From Anaerotignum sp. (GTDB taxonomy: Bacteria; Bacillota; Clostridia; Lachnospirales; Anaerotignaceae), in contig JAHHTU010000005.1 in NCBI GenBank assembly GCA_020024455.1, positions 1,460-65,459 of the forward strand: DNA of 64,000 nt, given 5' to 3'. The notes under the pieces are model-generated. The model was not told where the DNA came from and did not search any database. It saw nothing but the letters and a program-made list of their open reading frames with translations. A program made the position numbers and the translations under genes. Numbering within the stretch: position 1 is the first letter of the stretch; every line of letters starts with the position of its first letter. Shown piece after piece: positions 18,821 through 29,141 of this stretch.

Positions 18821-20183
18821 ATTGTTTTCCCTCCATTATCCGAACCCATATATATTGTTTGGTATTTTCATCTATTGCAAAAGCCGTAGATGTCTGTGCA
18901 CCATATATCCATAAAATTTCTTCCCCGCAAGCCAACAACAGCTTTGTATCTCTTTGGGCTTTCGGTATTTTTTCATCTATGAATAATGATTTTATCTTTT
19001 TGGTACCACCATGTAATCGCATACGGTCACCGGCTCTTCGATTGCGTACACACAGGCTTTTTTTTATTTTATCATAATCAAATAACTTCGTATAGTCGTT
19101 GTCACAAAATTCCGCATTTTTTTCGGTTATGATGCCACATTCTACAAAAACGTCCATTTCTTTGATATAAATGGGCATATCGAGTTGCAAATCATACAGA
19201 TATTCTGTTTTTTGCGTTTGTTCTTTGCAAAACATCAGCCGCTGATATTCCAAACAACATTGCCAACCACCCACAATCTGCACAAAACCATTTTGATTTT
19301 GCATCAACAAATGCTCCATTGCCTCCAAATGTGCCTGTGTCAAATTTTGGGTTGTGCCTGTGGCTTCTTCCACTGCCAAACGCAAAACACGCAACCGCAA
19401 CGCCCGATGCATTTGTTGCAAGGGTTCTTTTTGTAAACAAACCTGTGTTTGCGGCATACGGATTTGCTGATACATCTGTTTTGCCGTCTGTGTCATAAAA
19501 TCATTTTCCTGTGCCAGCAAACTTGCTGTTTTTGCGATATGTGCCGCACTGCCGCCATGCACCTGTTCCAATAACGGCATCACCTGCAAACGAATTTTAT
19601 TTCTGGTATATGCCGTTTCAAAATTGGTGCTGTCTTGTTGATACGAAAGCTGATGTTGTTTGCAATACTGTTCAATCTCTTTGCGACTGCAAAACAACAA
19701 AGGGCGTACAATCCGGTTTCTCACCGGCAACATTCCCGTCAAACCGTCCAAGCCTGTCCCTCTGCACAATCGCATCAATATGGTTTCCGCTTGGTCATCG
19801 GCATGATGTGCCACTGCAATAAAACCGTTTTGCCCTGCGTATTTGGCAAAAACACGATACCGAAAATTTCTGCCTGCTTCTTCTACGGTGCATTTTTGTT
19901 CTTTTGCCGCCTTTGCCGCATCAAAGCAGACCACATCACAGGCAATTCCCAAACGTGTACTATATGCCTTTACAAATGCGGCATCTGCATCTGCTTCCTG
20001 CCCACGCAAACCATGATGGATATGCACTGTCTGCAACCGCCAGTGATATTGTTTGTGCAATCGCCACAAGATATGCACCAAAGCCACAGAGTCTGCACCG
20101 CCCGAAAGCCCAATCACAATATTTGCACCATCTGCAAACATTTTGTATTGCAAAATGGTTTGTTTGACTTGTTCCAACAACAT
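18804..20183 (-). CDS. tilS: tRNA(Ile)-lysidine synthetase
   Basis: LSGGADS PP-loop, HHGLR, AHHADDQAET, VRPLL, DSTN and RNKIR motifs; tilS-hpt-ftsH order. Confidence 0.97.
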   Translation of the reverse strand: MLLEQVKQTILQYKMFADGANIVIGLSGGADSVALVHILWRLHKQYHWRLQTVHIHHGLRGQEADADAAFVKAYSTRLGIACDVVCFDAAKAAKEQKCTVEEAGRNFRYRVFAKYAGQNGFIAVAHHADDQAETILMRLCRGTGLDGLTGMLPVRNRIVRPLLFCSRKEIEQYCKQHQLSYQQDSTNFETAYTRNKIRLQVMPLLEQVHGGSAAHIAKTASLLAQENDFMTQTAKQMYQQIRMPQTQVCLQKEPLQQMHRALRLRVLRLAVEEATGTTQNLTQAHLEAMEHLLMQNQNGFVQIVGGWQCCLEYQRLMFCKEQTQKTEYLYDLQLDMPIYIKEMDVFVECGIITEKNAEFCDNDYTKLFDYDKIKKSLCVRNRRAGDRMRLHGGTKKIKSLFIDEKIPKAQRDTKLLLACGEEILWIYGAQTSTAFAIDENTKQYIWVRIMEGKQYERKN

Positions 20184-20314
20184 ATTTGTTCGCCGCCTTT
20201 CGTACCTTTCTCAAAGACTTTACACAAAAAACAGCATTTCGTCAACGATTTTCTTTTTGCACATAATACATAATATGGTATACTGTTATCAAAACAATAA
20301 GGAGGGAATCCATC

Positions 20315-21484
20315 ATGAAATTTCAATATTATATTCCATCAAAAATAGTATTCGGCAGCGGACAATTAGACCGCTTGCACAAACAAAAAGAATTGGGGAA
20401 AAAAGCATTGATTGTCATTTCCGGTGGTACATCTGTCAAAAAATTCGGTTATCTTGCCCGCTTGGAAGAACAACTCCAAAAAGCAAATGTAGACTATGTA
20501 ATTTTTGACAAAATACTGCCCAACCCCATCGAACGCCATGTCATGGAAGGGGCAGCACTTGCCAAAGCCGAACAATGCGACTTTGTCATCGGTTTGGGCG
20601 GCGGCTCCATCATCGACTCTGCAAAAGGCATTGCGGTTATGGCAACCAATACAGGGACTATGTGGGACTATATTTCCGGCGGCACAGGCGGTGGCAAACC
20701 CATTCCAAACAAACCCTTGCCCATCGTTGCCATCACCACCACCGCAGGCACAGGCACAGAGGCAGACCCTTGGGCAGTCATCACAAATGAACACACCGGC
20801 GAAAAAATCGGTTTTGGCTATGACAACACATTCCCTGTGCTTTCCATTGTTGACCCCGATTTGATGCTTTCCGTTCCGGCAAAACTGACAGCATATCAAG
20901 GATTTGATGCATTGTTCCATAGCACCGAAGGCTATATCAACCGCCGCACAAACCCTTTGAATGATATGTATGCATTGAAAGCCATCGAATTGGTTGGCAA
21001 AAGCCTTGCCATCGCTGTCAATGACGGCACAAACAAACAGGCAAGAGAAGATATGGCACTGGCAAACACATTGTCCGGTATGTCCGAAAGCATTGGTGGT
21101 TGTACGTCCGAACACGCCATGGAACACCCATTAAGCGGCAAAAATCCAAAATTGGAACATGGGGCAGGCTTGATTATGCTTTGTGAATCATATTACACCT
21201 ATTGGGCAAAACGTGGTGTCGTTGACAAAAGACTGATTGACATGGCAAAAGCACTGGGCAAAACAGATGCCGACAAACCGATGGATTTTGTCACGGCATT
21301 GCATGATTTGAAAATTGCCTGTCATGTTGATGATTTGAAAATGTCTGATTATGGCATACAAGAAAGCGATTTGGAAACATATGCAAAAATGGCATATGAA
21401 ACCATGGGCGGATTGTTTACCGCAGACCCTGTGGATATGCCTTTTGCAGATTGTCTTGCGATTTACAAAGACGCATATCGCTAA
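20315..21484 (+). CDS. Iron-containing alcohol dehydrogenase
   Basis: GLGGGSIIDSAK, TTAGTGTE, DALFH, HAMEH and HGAGL motifs. Confidence 0.93.
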   Translation: MKFQYYIPSKIVFGSGQLDRLHKQKELGKKALIVISGGTSVKKFGYLARLEEQLQKANVDYVIFDKILPNPIERHVMEGAALAKAEQCDFVIGLGGGSIIDSAKGIAVMATNTGTMWDYISGGTGGGKPIPNKPLPIVAITTTAGTGTEADPWAVITNEHTGEKIGFGYDNTFPVLSIVDPDLMLSVPAKLTAYQGFDALFHSTEGYINRRTNPLNDMYALKAIELVGKSLAIAVNDGTNKQAREDMALANTLSGMSESIGGCTSEHAMEHPLSGKNPKLEHGAGLIMLCESYYTYWAKRGVVDKRLIDMAKALGKTDADKPMDFVTALHDLKIACHVDDLKMSDYGIQESDLETYAKMAYETMGGLFTADPVDMPFADCLAIYKDAYR

Positions 21485-21501
21485 AATAAAGGAGCGTATT
21501 T

Positions 21502-22259
21502 ATGGCACAACAAAACGAAACATTTACACTTGCAGACATTGTATACGATGTCACATATGCAGATTTGGGTTATCATTTTGAAAATGGTAACATCATATTG
21601 TATCCAGACGTAGATGCCGAAACAGAAGATGAAAATGTGGATTATGATATGTCTTCCGTCCATTTATACCACAACAACGGCTTTTGTACCCATGTTTCTG
21701 ATTTACAAGCATTAAAAGGCAAAAAATTTGTTTGGGAAAGTACATACAATGAAAACGATGAAGAAGCAGGCTGTTTGTGTGTACAAGAGCATGAACTGCT
21801 TTCCAGCGGCACAATCGAAATATTGGATATCCAAAATAACCATATGACCATACGATGGTCTGGGCTTGCCAATGTATATTGGAACGAAACATATGGGGCT
21901 GATGTTCCTTTTGATACCACATTCACCGCAGAAATACCACAAGATGTGGCAGTTTATCAATTAGATGCTTACAAATCCACAAAAACAAAAATTTATGATA
22001 ATTTGTATTTAGAGTTATTAAATTTAGATACATTCAATGACCATTTGAAACAAATTTCTGATGATACGCCATGGAATATCAAACTTCCATTCAAGATTAT
22101 ATATTTTGACAAAGAATATTTGGAGAAATATTGTTTAAAGCAAATAAACTGGAATACACTACAACATTAGATGCAGATTGCCCTGTTTCCATCAAATTTG
22201 CGGGTATGGATTATAATTTCAAAGCCAATTATCAACTATTTTTCTTTGAAACCTATTGA
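21502..22259 (+). pseudogene. Hypothetical acidic protein with an apparent -1 frameshift (0-frame stop at 22170; likely true stop at 22259)
   Basis: aaggag RBS; the -1 frame is open from 22110 to 22259, reads GEILFKANKLEYTTTLDADCPVSIKFAGMDYNFKANYQLFFFETY* and stops just before a terminator. Confidence 0.65.
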
Positions 22260-22264
22260 AACAG

Positions 22265-22302
22265 AAAAAAGGAGAATACTTTGCAAAGTATTCCCCTTTT
22301 TC
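22265..22302. terminator. Bidirectional terminator
   Basis: aaaaaggagaatacttt-gc-aaagtattccccttttt between convergent genes. Confidence 0.75.
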
Positions 22303-22303
22303 T

Positions 22304-24679
22304 TTACATCACTTTTTGCCAAAATCTCGCTGCCTGTACGGTCATATCATCTGTCCCGCCTGCTTTTTGTGCCGCCTGCAATATAAAATCTGCGGCATTT
22401 TGTGGATTGGCAAATGTTTTGGGCAAAAAGATTTCCTCTAACCACATTGCGGTTTTTTGTTCCCCGCCAAATGCATCGGTAATGCCGTCCGTCAACAACA
22501 ACACCATATCCCCATCTTTCAATCGGATATCATTTTTTTGCACTTGCACTTGCTGCAAAATACCCGCAGGCAAAGAATGGGTATGCATAGAAATTACCCG
22601 TTTTCCACGGCAAATGAACGACGCCACAGCACCCAATTTGATAAATTCTGCGTATCCGTCATACAAATCCACACTGCAAATATCCAATGTTGCATAATTT
22701 TCTTCCGCACGCCGCAACAACAATGCCGAGTTAATCAATTTGACGGCGGTTTCTTTGGGAAATCCTGCTTCGGCAAATTGTTCCAATAACTCCATGGCTG
22801 CCTTGCTTTCCGCAAACGCACGCTCTCCCATGCCCATACCGTCTGAAATTGCCATCATGGCAATCCCTTTGTCATTTTCCAAATATGTGGCAGCATCACC
22901 ACAAGGTTTGCCACGTTCCGCTGCCGCACAAGCCGTTGCCACTGTCAAAGCATACATCGGTTCTTCCAAAAATGTCATGGTGCAAACACCGCCTGTCATA
23001 TGGCAAACATCTGGTTGTTGCTGTACCATTTGTCGCCCAACGATTTTTTTGACAATCGGCAACACCTGTGTCTTGCAAATCCCTCTGCCTTGACACCCCT
23101 TGACACGCAACACAACCTTTTTGCCTCTGTTTGCTTTTTCTTCTGTCACAATCGCCTCTTGTATGCGAATCCCTGCCTTTCTGCAAGCAAATAGCAACGC
23201 CTCTTGCACAGGTTCTAAATATAAACAATCCGTATCCAATTTGCCTGCCATATTTTCCAAAATACCACCCACAGCATCTAGTTGTTGTTGCACCAACTCC
23301 CGACATTCCTGCAATTTACTTGCCCAAATCAAATGATGCCGATGTTGTTCATAAATTGCACAAATCATATCCACATACTCTTTTTTTCGGGGACACACTT
23401 CCAAAAACCATTTTGGCATTTGTTCCATCGTCAAACACCCTTTTGTATCACACAACGAAAATGCCGTCATGGTCATACTATATGTACGATATACTTCTTC
23501 CTGCCAACAAGAATGGCATAACCCACAATTTTGACAGACTTTCTGTGCCACACGTTCCACCAATTCGGAAATTTCTTTCGTTTCCGTTTTCTGTTCTACG
23601 GCAAATGTTTTTGCCAACCCATGAAATGCCATACCAAAGCCTTTGAGTTTTTCCTCTGTATCTTCTCGCATACGCACAAAACGGTCTTTGCTGTCTGCGA
23701 TTTCCCGCATACCGCCAAGCCAGATTTTTTTGGGTAGCATACAAAACAAAATCCCTGCACTTGCCATACAGGGCAACCACCCCTCATGCAAATAGTCTTG
23801 TTTGGTATAAAACAAAAAGATTGTCATTGTCATCAAAAAAGCCACTGCCGCCGCCCATCTGCCAATGTCTTTCAGACAACCTGCAAACCAACTTGCAAAA
23901 CCCAATATTGCCACAAAACCGAAATCTGCACGCCCTGTCACATACAACAAAAAACCCAACATCACACCAACCGCCGTACCACCGCCAATGCCCTCCCGAT
24001 ATGCCGCTACCAGCACCAGCAACGTCACCAAAAAAGGAAACAGCATCTGTTGCAATATCGTATTTTGCAACTGTGCCATACCTGCCAAAGTGCCACCCAA
24101 AAGCAGTATCATTGACAGCAACTCCTCTTTGCTGACCACCATCACTTTTCGATGCTCCGTCAATACCAAAACGCCTTTTTGTAACAACAATGCAATTCCC
24201 ATTACCAGCATACTTTCCACAAACGCCACAACAAAATAAAAATGCAATCCGCCTTGACTGATGGCATAGAAACTCCCGCCCAATGCCATTGCAAAACTGC
24301 CCAATATTGCTTTTTTCCAAACATCTTCTTTTGTCAAGAACCGCCCCAGTGTCATATACAGTAACATTGCCGCCAAATACACTGCGATATGTTTCAAAAA
24401 AACACCGTTGCCAAAACTGCCGACAAACACAGCCGTCCATACAACCCAAAACAGATGCCCACTGCCAAAAAATGCCGATAATACCCCCATACCCAATGGG
24501 TGCAATATCTGCAATACTGCCAATTTGCTCCAAAAAAACGGTACTGTCCAACAAATACCCAGTTGTATCATTTGTTTCCAAGGTATCGAATATCTTTGTA
24601 TATGCTGTTTTGGCATATGCTGTCCAAACGGAATCTGTTTATTCTGTACGTGTTCCAATAAAATTTCTGTTTTTTCCAT
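22304..24679 (-). CDS. spoIIE: Stage II sporulation protein E (PP2C phosphatase)
   Basis: Multi-TM N-terminus, CxxCxxCxxCW, then GD, SDGMG, ATLD, KLGA, TDG and DDMT PP2C motifs; ggagggg RBS. Confidence 0.92.
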   Translation of the reverse strand: MEKTEILLEHVQNKQIPFGQHMPKQHIQRYSIPWKQMIQLGICWTVPFFWSKLAVLQILHPLGMGVLSAFFGSGHLFWVVWTAVFVGSFGNGVFLKHIAVYLAAMLLYMTLGRFLTKEDVWKKAILGSFAMALGGSFYAISQGGLHFYFVVAFVESMLVMGIALLLQKGVLVLTEHRKVMVVSKEELLSMILLLGGTLAGMAQLQNTILQQMLFPFLVTLLVLVAAYREGIGGGTAVGVMLGFLLYVTGRADFGFVAILGFASWFAGCLKDIGRWAAAVAFLMTMTIFLFYTKQDYLHEGWLPCMASAGILFCMLPKKIWLGGMREIADSKDRFVRMREDTEEKLKGFGMAFHGLAKTFAVEQKTETKEISELVERVAQKVCQNCGLCHSCWQEEVYRTYSMTMTAFSLCDTKGCLTMEQMPKWFLEVCPRKKEYVDMICAIYEQHRHHLIWASKLQECRELVQQQLDAVGGILENMAGKLDTDCLYLEPVQEALLFACRKAGIRIQEAIVTEEKANRGKKVVLRVKGCQGRGICKTQVLPIVKKIVGRQMVQQQPDVCHMTGGVCTMTFLEEPMYALTVATACAAAERGKPCGDAATYLENDKGIAMMAISDGMGMGERAFAESKAAMELLEQFAEAGFPKETAVKLINSALLLRRAEENYATLDICSVDLYDGYAEFIKLGAVASFICRGKRVISMHTHSLPAGILQQVQVQKNDIRLKDGDMVLLLTDGITDAFGGEQKTAMWLEEIFLPKTFANPQNAADFILQAAQKAGGTDDMTVQAARFWQKVM

Positions 24680-24728
24680 ATCTGCTCCCCTCCATATTCC
24701 CATTTTACGGAAATATGACTGTTTTTTT

Positions 24729-24735
24729 TGCCGAA
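24729..24735 (+). promoter_or_regulatory. Candidate Spo0A box upstream of spoIIE
   Basis: TGCCGAA matches TGNCGAA; spoIIE is Spo0A-activated in Bacillus; a 7-mer can occur by chance. Confidence 0.4.
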
Positions 24736-24768
24736 ATGCGGCAGATATGCAAAAATTTTTCCCGACAA

Positions 24769-24795
24769 AAAAACGGCATTTTTCCATGCCGTTTT
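24769..24795 (-). terminator. Terminator after the DnaC-like gene
   Basis: aaaacggcat-ttttcc-atgccgtttt. Confidence 0.7.
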
Positions 24796-24800
24796 CCATA

Positions 24801-25793
24801 TCATTGATATTTTTTCAAAAACCGTATATCTTCTCCAAAAAAACGCAGCACTTGATACTCCCGCAATCGGGACGTAATACGGTCAGAATATTGATTTGTA
24901 ATTTCTTTTGCATTCAAATTGGTGGATATCATCACTGATTTGTTTTTCAATTTTCTGTCATTGAGCAAACGGAACAATTCCGATGCCGTAAACGCAGTCG
25001 AGAATTCCGTCCCCAAGTCATCAATAATCAACAAATCCACTTCTAACAATTCTTTGTCCCATTCTTCTTTTTCCACATCTTCGTCATGCGAAAAACGAAT
25101 TTCTTCCAATTTACGGAATAACTGCCCTGCCGTCAAATACAGCACCACAAATCCTTTTTCCAACAACTCTTTTGCAATACAACTGCAAAGAAATGTTTTG
25201 CCCAATCCCGTAGAGCCATAGAGCAATAAATTTTCGCCGTTTTCTTTTTCAAACCGTTCCACAAACGCCAATCCGTGCCGTAAAATATTGGTCGCATTTT
25301 CTCTGGGGGACATTTTTTCTTTCGGAATGACTTTATCGCTATACAAACGCAAATCAAAACTGTCAAAATTTTCCACCTTTACAATATCCCGTACATTGGA
25401 TTGGTCATACAATCTGTCCATGACCTTTTGTTTCAAACAAATACAAGGCACATTGCCAATATATCCCGTATCTTGACAACTCTTGCAAACATATTCCTGT
25501 TCCAATGCATCTGCCTGCATACCCATATTTGCCAACAACTGTTGTTTCTCCCGCAACAATGCTTGTTGTTTTTCCCGCAATCCTGCCACCACATCTGTCA
25601 TCTGGTTTGTTTGCAATAATACTGCCTTTGCCGCCTGCACTCCCAACAAAGACAATTCCTGTTCAATTTCTTCCAATCTTGGTGTTTGCTCATATACAAA
25701 TGCCTTTTTGCGACGTTGTTCTGCTGTTTTTTGTGTCCGAATACGGTCATATTCTCTCAATACTTCTTTATAAATTTGTGTTTTGGTTGCCAA
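24801..25793 (-). CDS. dnaC: DnaC/DnaI-like replicative helicase-loader ATPase
   Basis: CxxCxDTGY...CxC zinc motif, GSTGLGKT, IIDDLGTE, ISTNL and RITSR motifs; downstream of a DnaD-domain gene. Confidence 0.85.
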   Translation of the reverse strand: MATKTQIYKEVLREYDRIRTQKTAEQRRKKAFVYEQTPRLEEIEQELSLLGVQAAKAVLLQTNQMTDVVAGLREKQQALLREKQQLLANMGMQADALEQEYVCKSCQDTGYIGNVPCICLKQKVMDRLYDQSNVRDIVKVENFDSFDLRLYSDKVIPKEKMSPRENATNILRHGLAFVERFEKENGENLLLYGSTGLGKTFLCSCIAKELLEKGFVVLYLTAGQLFRKLEEIRFSHDEDVEKEEWDKELLEVDLLIIDDLGTEFSTAFTASELFRLLNDRKLKNKSVMISTNLNAKEITNQYSDRITSRLREYQVLRFFGEDIRFLKKYQ

Positions 25794-25807
25794 ACTGTAT
25801 CACCACC

Positions 25808-26758
25808 TTACCATTCGTTTTGTTTTTGTTGTTCCAATCGTTCCAATTCCGCATAATCCCAATCACGCTGTGTATAATTGATAAAACGGTTTTGTTTTTG
25901 TACGGGTGTCGCTTTTTGTACCTGTGCTTTTTGCTGTGCTTTTTTGGCAGCAAAGGCATCATCTAATTTTGCTATATCCTCTTTGTTCTTGACACCTGCC
26001 TTTTTCCAATCCGAAAGGATACTATCCGCATAAGCAAAGCTCACACCGCCTGTTCTAAGCACCGTTCGTTCACAAGCCGTCAGTACCACATCTAATGGCA
26101 ACCGATATTCCTGCAACCATTTTTTGATATATATTTCTTCTTCCTTGACAGGCATACGCCCACTTTGCCCAAATGCACGCAGTATTTCTTTGTATCCTTT
26201 GGTACGCATTTGGACATATTCTGCGGCTTTTTCGGCAGTATCCACACCTGCCTCTGCCCAACCGATGGCAACCTGCTCTATGTATCGCATACCTCTTTTA
26301 TTTCTGCTGACACAATATGTCAATAATAATTCAATCACATCAAATGGAAATCCCAACCAGTCATAAAAACTAAACAACGTTGACATATCGTTGGAAGACA
26401 ACGTTTTGCCAAGTTTTGCCTCTGCGGAACGAAACAGCTTTGTAATATCTTCCCGCTTCATATACATTGCCATTTCTTGTGGGGTATATTCCGGACGTTT
26501 TGCGGCAATCAATCTGGGTTTTGTTTCTTTTGGCTGCATATGCTTTTGTGATATCTGTCGGGCTTGGTATCCTTTGTCTGCCCAATATTGCCATGCTTTC
26601 AAAACATCACTTTCCAATATTGCCAATTTTTGTGCTATTTCTGCCGATGTACATTTTGGCATTGCCTGTGTCATCAAAAAGACGGACACATATAACGGCG
26701 GTGCTTTTGGTAATTCTGTTTCAATAAAAGTTATGGGAATTGTAATTTCCTCCGCCAT
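25808..26758 (-). CDS. dnaD: DnaD/DnaB-domain replication protein (two DnaD-C repeats)
   Basis: YIEQVAIGWAEAGV and YADSILSDWKKAGV (YxxxIxxxW) repeats. Confidence 0.88.
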   Translation of the reverse strand: MAEEITIPITFIETELPKAPPLYVSVFLMTQAMPKCTSAEIAQKLAILESDVLKAWQYWADKGYQARQISQKHMQPKETKPRLIAAKRPEYTPQEMAMYMKREDITKLFRSAEAKLGKTLSSNDMSTLFSFYDWLGFPFDVIELLLTYCVSRNKRGMRYIEQVAIGWAEAGVDTAEKAAEYVQMRTKGYKEILRAFGQSGRMPVKEEEIYIKKWLQEYRLPLDVVLTACERTVLRTGGVSFAYADSILSDWKKAGVKNKEDIAKLDDAFAAKKAQQKAQVQKATPVQKQNRFINYTQRDWDYAELERLEQQKQNEW

Positions 26759-26852
26759 ACCGCTCCCTCCTTTTGTTTGATTATTGTATCACGTTTTGGT
26801 GTGTTTCACAACAAAAGGAGCCATTCGGCTCCTCATATCCATAAATTACATA

Positions 26853-27896
26853 TTACTCTTGATTTTTGTTTTTGATATGTGCGTTAAAATAATAAATGAT
26901 AAAGCTCAGTACAATCACGGTCAACAAAGACACCACAAAAATACGAGAGTCTTTGACAGAAATAAAGATTGCCAAAACCCCCAAGCACAAGCTGATTGCA
27001 TACATAATCAATACCGCTTGCTTTTGTGTACAGCCACGGTCAATCAATCTATGGTGCAAATGCCCTCTGTCTGCCTGCATAATGGGTTGATGTTTTGCCA
27101 TACGACGCAGCATCGCAAATATGGTATCAAAGATTGGCAAACCAATACACAAAATACTCACGCTCAACGCCAGCAATGCATATCCTTTGAATACGCCCAA
27201 TATACTGGTCACTGCCAACACAAAGCCCAAAAATGTAGAACCAGTATCGCCCATAAATATTTCTGCGGGATTGAAATTACGGGGCAAAAAGCCCAAACAA
27301 GCCCCTGCCAAAGCCGCTGTCAATACAACCGCCGTCGTACTGCCCGTAAAAATACAAAGCACCATCAAGCTCATTGCTGCAATGCCTGTCACACCTGCTG
27401 CCAAGCCGTCCAAGCCGTCAATCAAATTCACCGCATTGGTTACCCCCACAATCCAAACCAACGTAATGGGGATACTCAATGCCTGTAATGTTGTGGTCAC
27501 AGGCCATAATACGATTTGAATTTTTGTGCCGGACAATATGACAATCAATGCTGCCACAATCTGCACACAAAATTTTAATTTTGCAGGCAAATTTTTCATA
27601 TCGTCCCAAACACCCAATGCTGCAATGATGATTGCACCAACCAAAAAACCAAGTAATTGTTTTTGGTTCATACCAGGGTTAAAGAAATTTATCATCAATA
27701 CAGTAATCAAAAAACCAAGTACAATGGCAACCCCACCCATACGGGGCATCGGTTTTTTATGCACCCCTCTATCTTTGGGATAATCAATAGCACCTGCTTT
27801 GATGGAAACCCATTTTGCAAAAGGTGTTGTCACAAGTGTGATTGCAAATGCACTGGCAAAAGTTGCAATGTACAGCAACCAATCATAATTTACCAA
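26853..27896 (-). CDS. Glycosyltransferase family 4 (TagO/WecA-like undecaprenyl-P GlcNAc-1-P transferase)
   Basis: [33 protein letters not shown] and DRGHLHHRL motifs. Confidence 0.93.
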   Translation of the reverse strand: MVNYDWLLYIATFASAFAITLVTTPFAKWVSIKAGAIDYPKDRGVHKKPMPRMGGVAIVLGFLITVLMINFFNPGMNQKQLLGFLVGAIIIAALGVWDDMKNLPAKLKFCVQIVAALIVILSGTKIQIVLWPVTTTLQALSIPITLVWIVGVTNAVNLIDGLDGLAAGVTGIAAMSLMVLCIFTGSTTAVVLTAALAGACLGFLPRNFNPAEIFMGDTGSTFLGFVLAVTSILGVFKGYALLALSVSILCIGLPIFDTIFAMLRRMAKHQPIMQADRGHLHHRLIDRGCTQKQAVLIMYAISLCLGVLAIFISVKDSRIFVVSLLTVIVLSFIIYYFNAHIKNKNQE

Positions 27897-28043
27897 AAAA
27901 ATTCACTCCTCACGATTTTGACATGATTGCCAAAATACAAACTTCGCATCACAACTATCACAGCAAACGCTTTCAAAAAGGGAAATACGGTTTTTATCTA
28001 TGTATTTCCCTTATATTTTTTCTTATGATGCTGTTTTGCTTTT

Positions 28044-28670
28044 TTATTTTGTACCAAAAATACGGTCACCGGCATCTCCCAATCCCGGCACAATATATCC
28101 ATGGTCATTCAAGGCATTGTCATATGCCGCTGCATAAATATCAACATCAGGGTGTACCTGTTGTATTTTTTGCACACCATCAGGTGCTGCCAAAATGCAA
28201 AGGAATATAATTTTTTTCACACCTTTTTGTTTCAAAAATCCAATCGCCGCCTCCGCAGTGCCACCGGTTGCCAGCATTGGGTCTGTCAAAAACACTGTTC
28301 TTTCTTCCACATCGCTGGGCAGCTTACAGTAATATTCCACAGGCTGTAATGTTTCCGGGTCACGATACAACCCAATATGTCCGATTTTTGCCGTAGGCAT
28401 CAACTGTAAAAGCCCCTCTGTCATACCAATGCCTGCACGTAATATGGGTACAATGGCAATTTTGGTATCAATGGTACGACAATTTGCCTGTTCCACAGGT
28501 GTTTGTACAACAATATCGACCAAAGGCAAATCTCTGGTTGCTTCATAAGAAAGCAACATTGCCACTTCCCCAATGATTTCCCGAAATTCTTTTGCACCTG
28601 TGTCTTTGTTTCTGAGCATTGCCATTTTGCTTTGAATTAACGGGTGCTCTGATACAAACAACTTGCTCAT
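28044..28670 (-). CDS. upp: Uracil phosphoribosyltransferase
   Basis: [26 protein letters not shown] and [18 protein letters not shown] motifs. Confidence 0.97.
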   Translation of the reverse strand: MSKLFVSEHPLIQSKMAMLRNKDTGAKEFREIIGEVAMLLSYEATRDLPLVDIVVQTPVEQANCRTIDTKIAIVPILRAGIGMTEGLLQLMPTAKIGHIGLYRDPETLQPVEYYCKLPSDVEERTVFLTDPMLATGGTAEAAIGFLKQKGVKKIIFLCILAAPDGVQKIQQVHPDVDIYAAAYDNALNDHGYIVPGLGDAGDRIFGTK

Positions 28671-28695
28671 GTCGTTTTTCATCTCCTTCTTGCCA

Positions 28696-29124
28696 TCAAT
28701 CCTCAATTTGCTGAATTCTTCTGATATGGCGTTCATCATTTGAAAAAGGTGTTTCCAAGAATGCTTTCACAATTTCCAATGCCAATCCGACACCGGTCAC
28801 TCTTGCACCCATTGCCAAAATGTTCGCATCATTATGTTCTCTTGTTGCTTTGGCAGAAAATACATCACCGCACAATGCCGCACGAATGCCTTTGACTTTG
28901 TTTGCGGCAATGGAAATGCCAATGCCTGTCCCACAAATCAAAATACCTTTTTCACACTCTTTGTCTGCCACTGCGTGTGCAACTGCTTTGCCATATACAG
29001 GATAATCCACAGACTCCTCGGAATATGTGCCAAAATTCTTGTAAGCAATGTTGTTTGCATCTAAATATGCAATGACTTCTTTCATCAGTGGATACCCACC
29101 ATGGTCACAACCCAATGCAATCAT
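28696..29124 (-). CDS. rpiB: Ribose-5-phosphate isomerase B
   Basis: [25 protein letters not shown] and HNDAN motifs. Confidence 0.97.
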   Translation of the reverse strand: MIALGCDHGGYPLMKEVIAYLDANNIAYKNFGTYSEESVDYPVYGKAVAHAVADKECEKGILICGTGIGISIAANKVKGIRAALCGDVFSAKATREHNDANILAMGARVTGVGLALEIVKAFLETPFSNDERHIRRIQQIED

Positions 29125-29141
29125 ATTTGTTTCCTCCTTTT

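Noticed and set aside
20250..20290. Rex operator upstream of the Fe-ADH gene
   Set aside because: Poor match to TTGTGAA-N4-TTCACAA; only a sigma-A-like promoter is supportable
24801..25793. IstB-like ATPase suggesting an IS21 element or prophage
   Set aside because: No IstA, integrase or terminal repeats; it is paired with a DnaD-domain gene as the usual clostridial primosome pair
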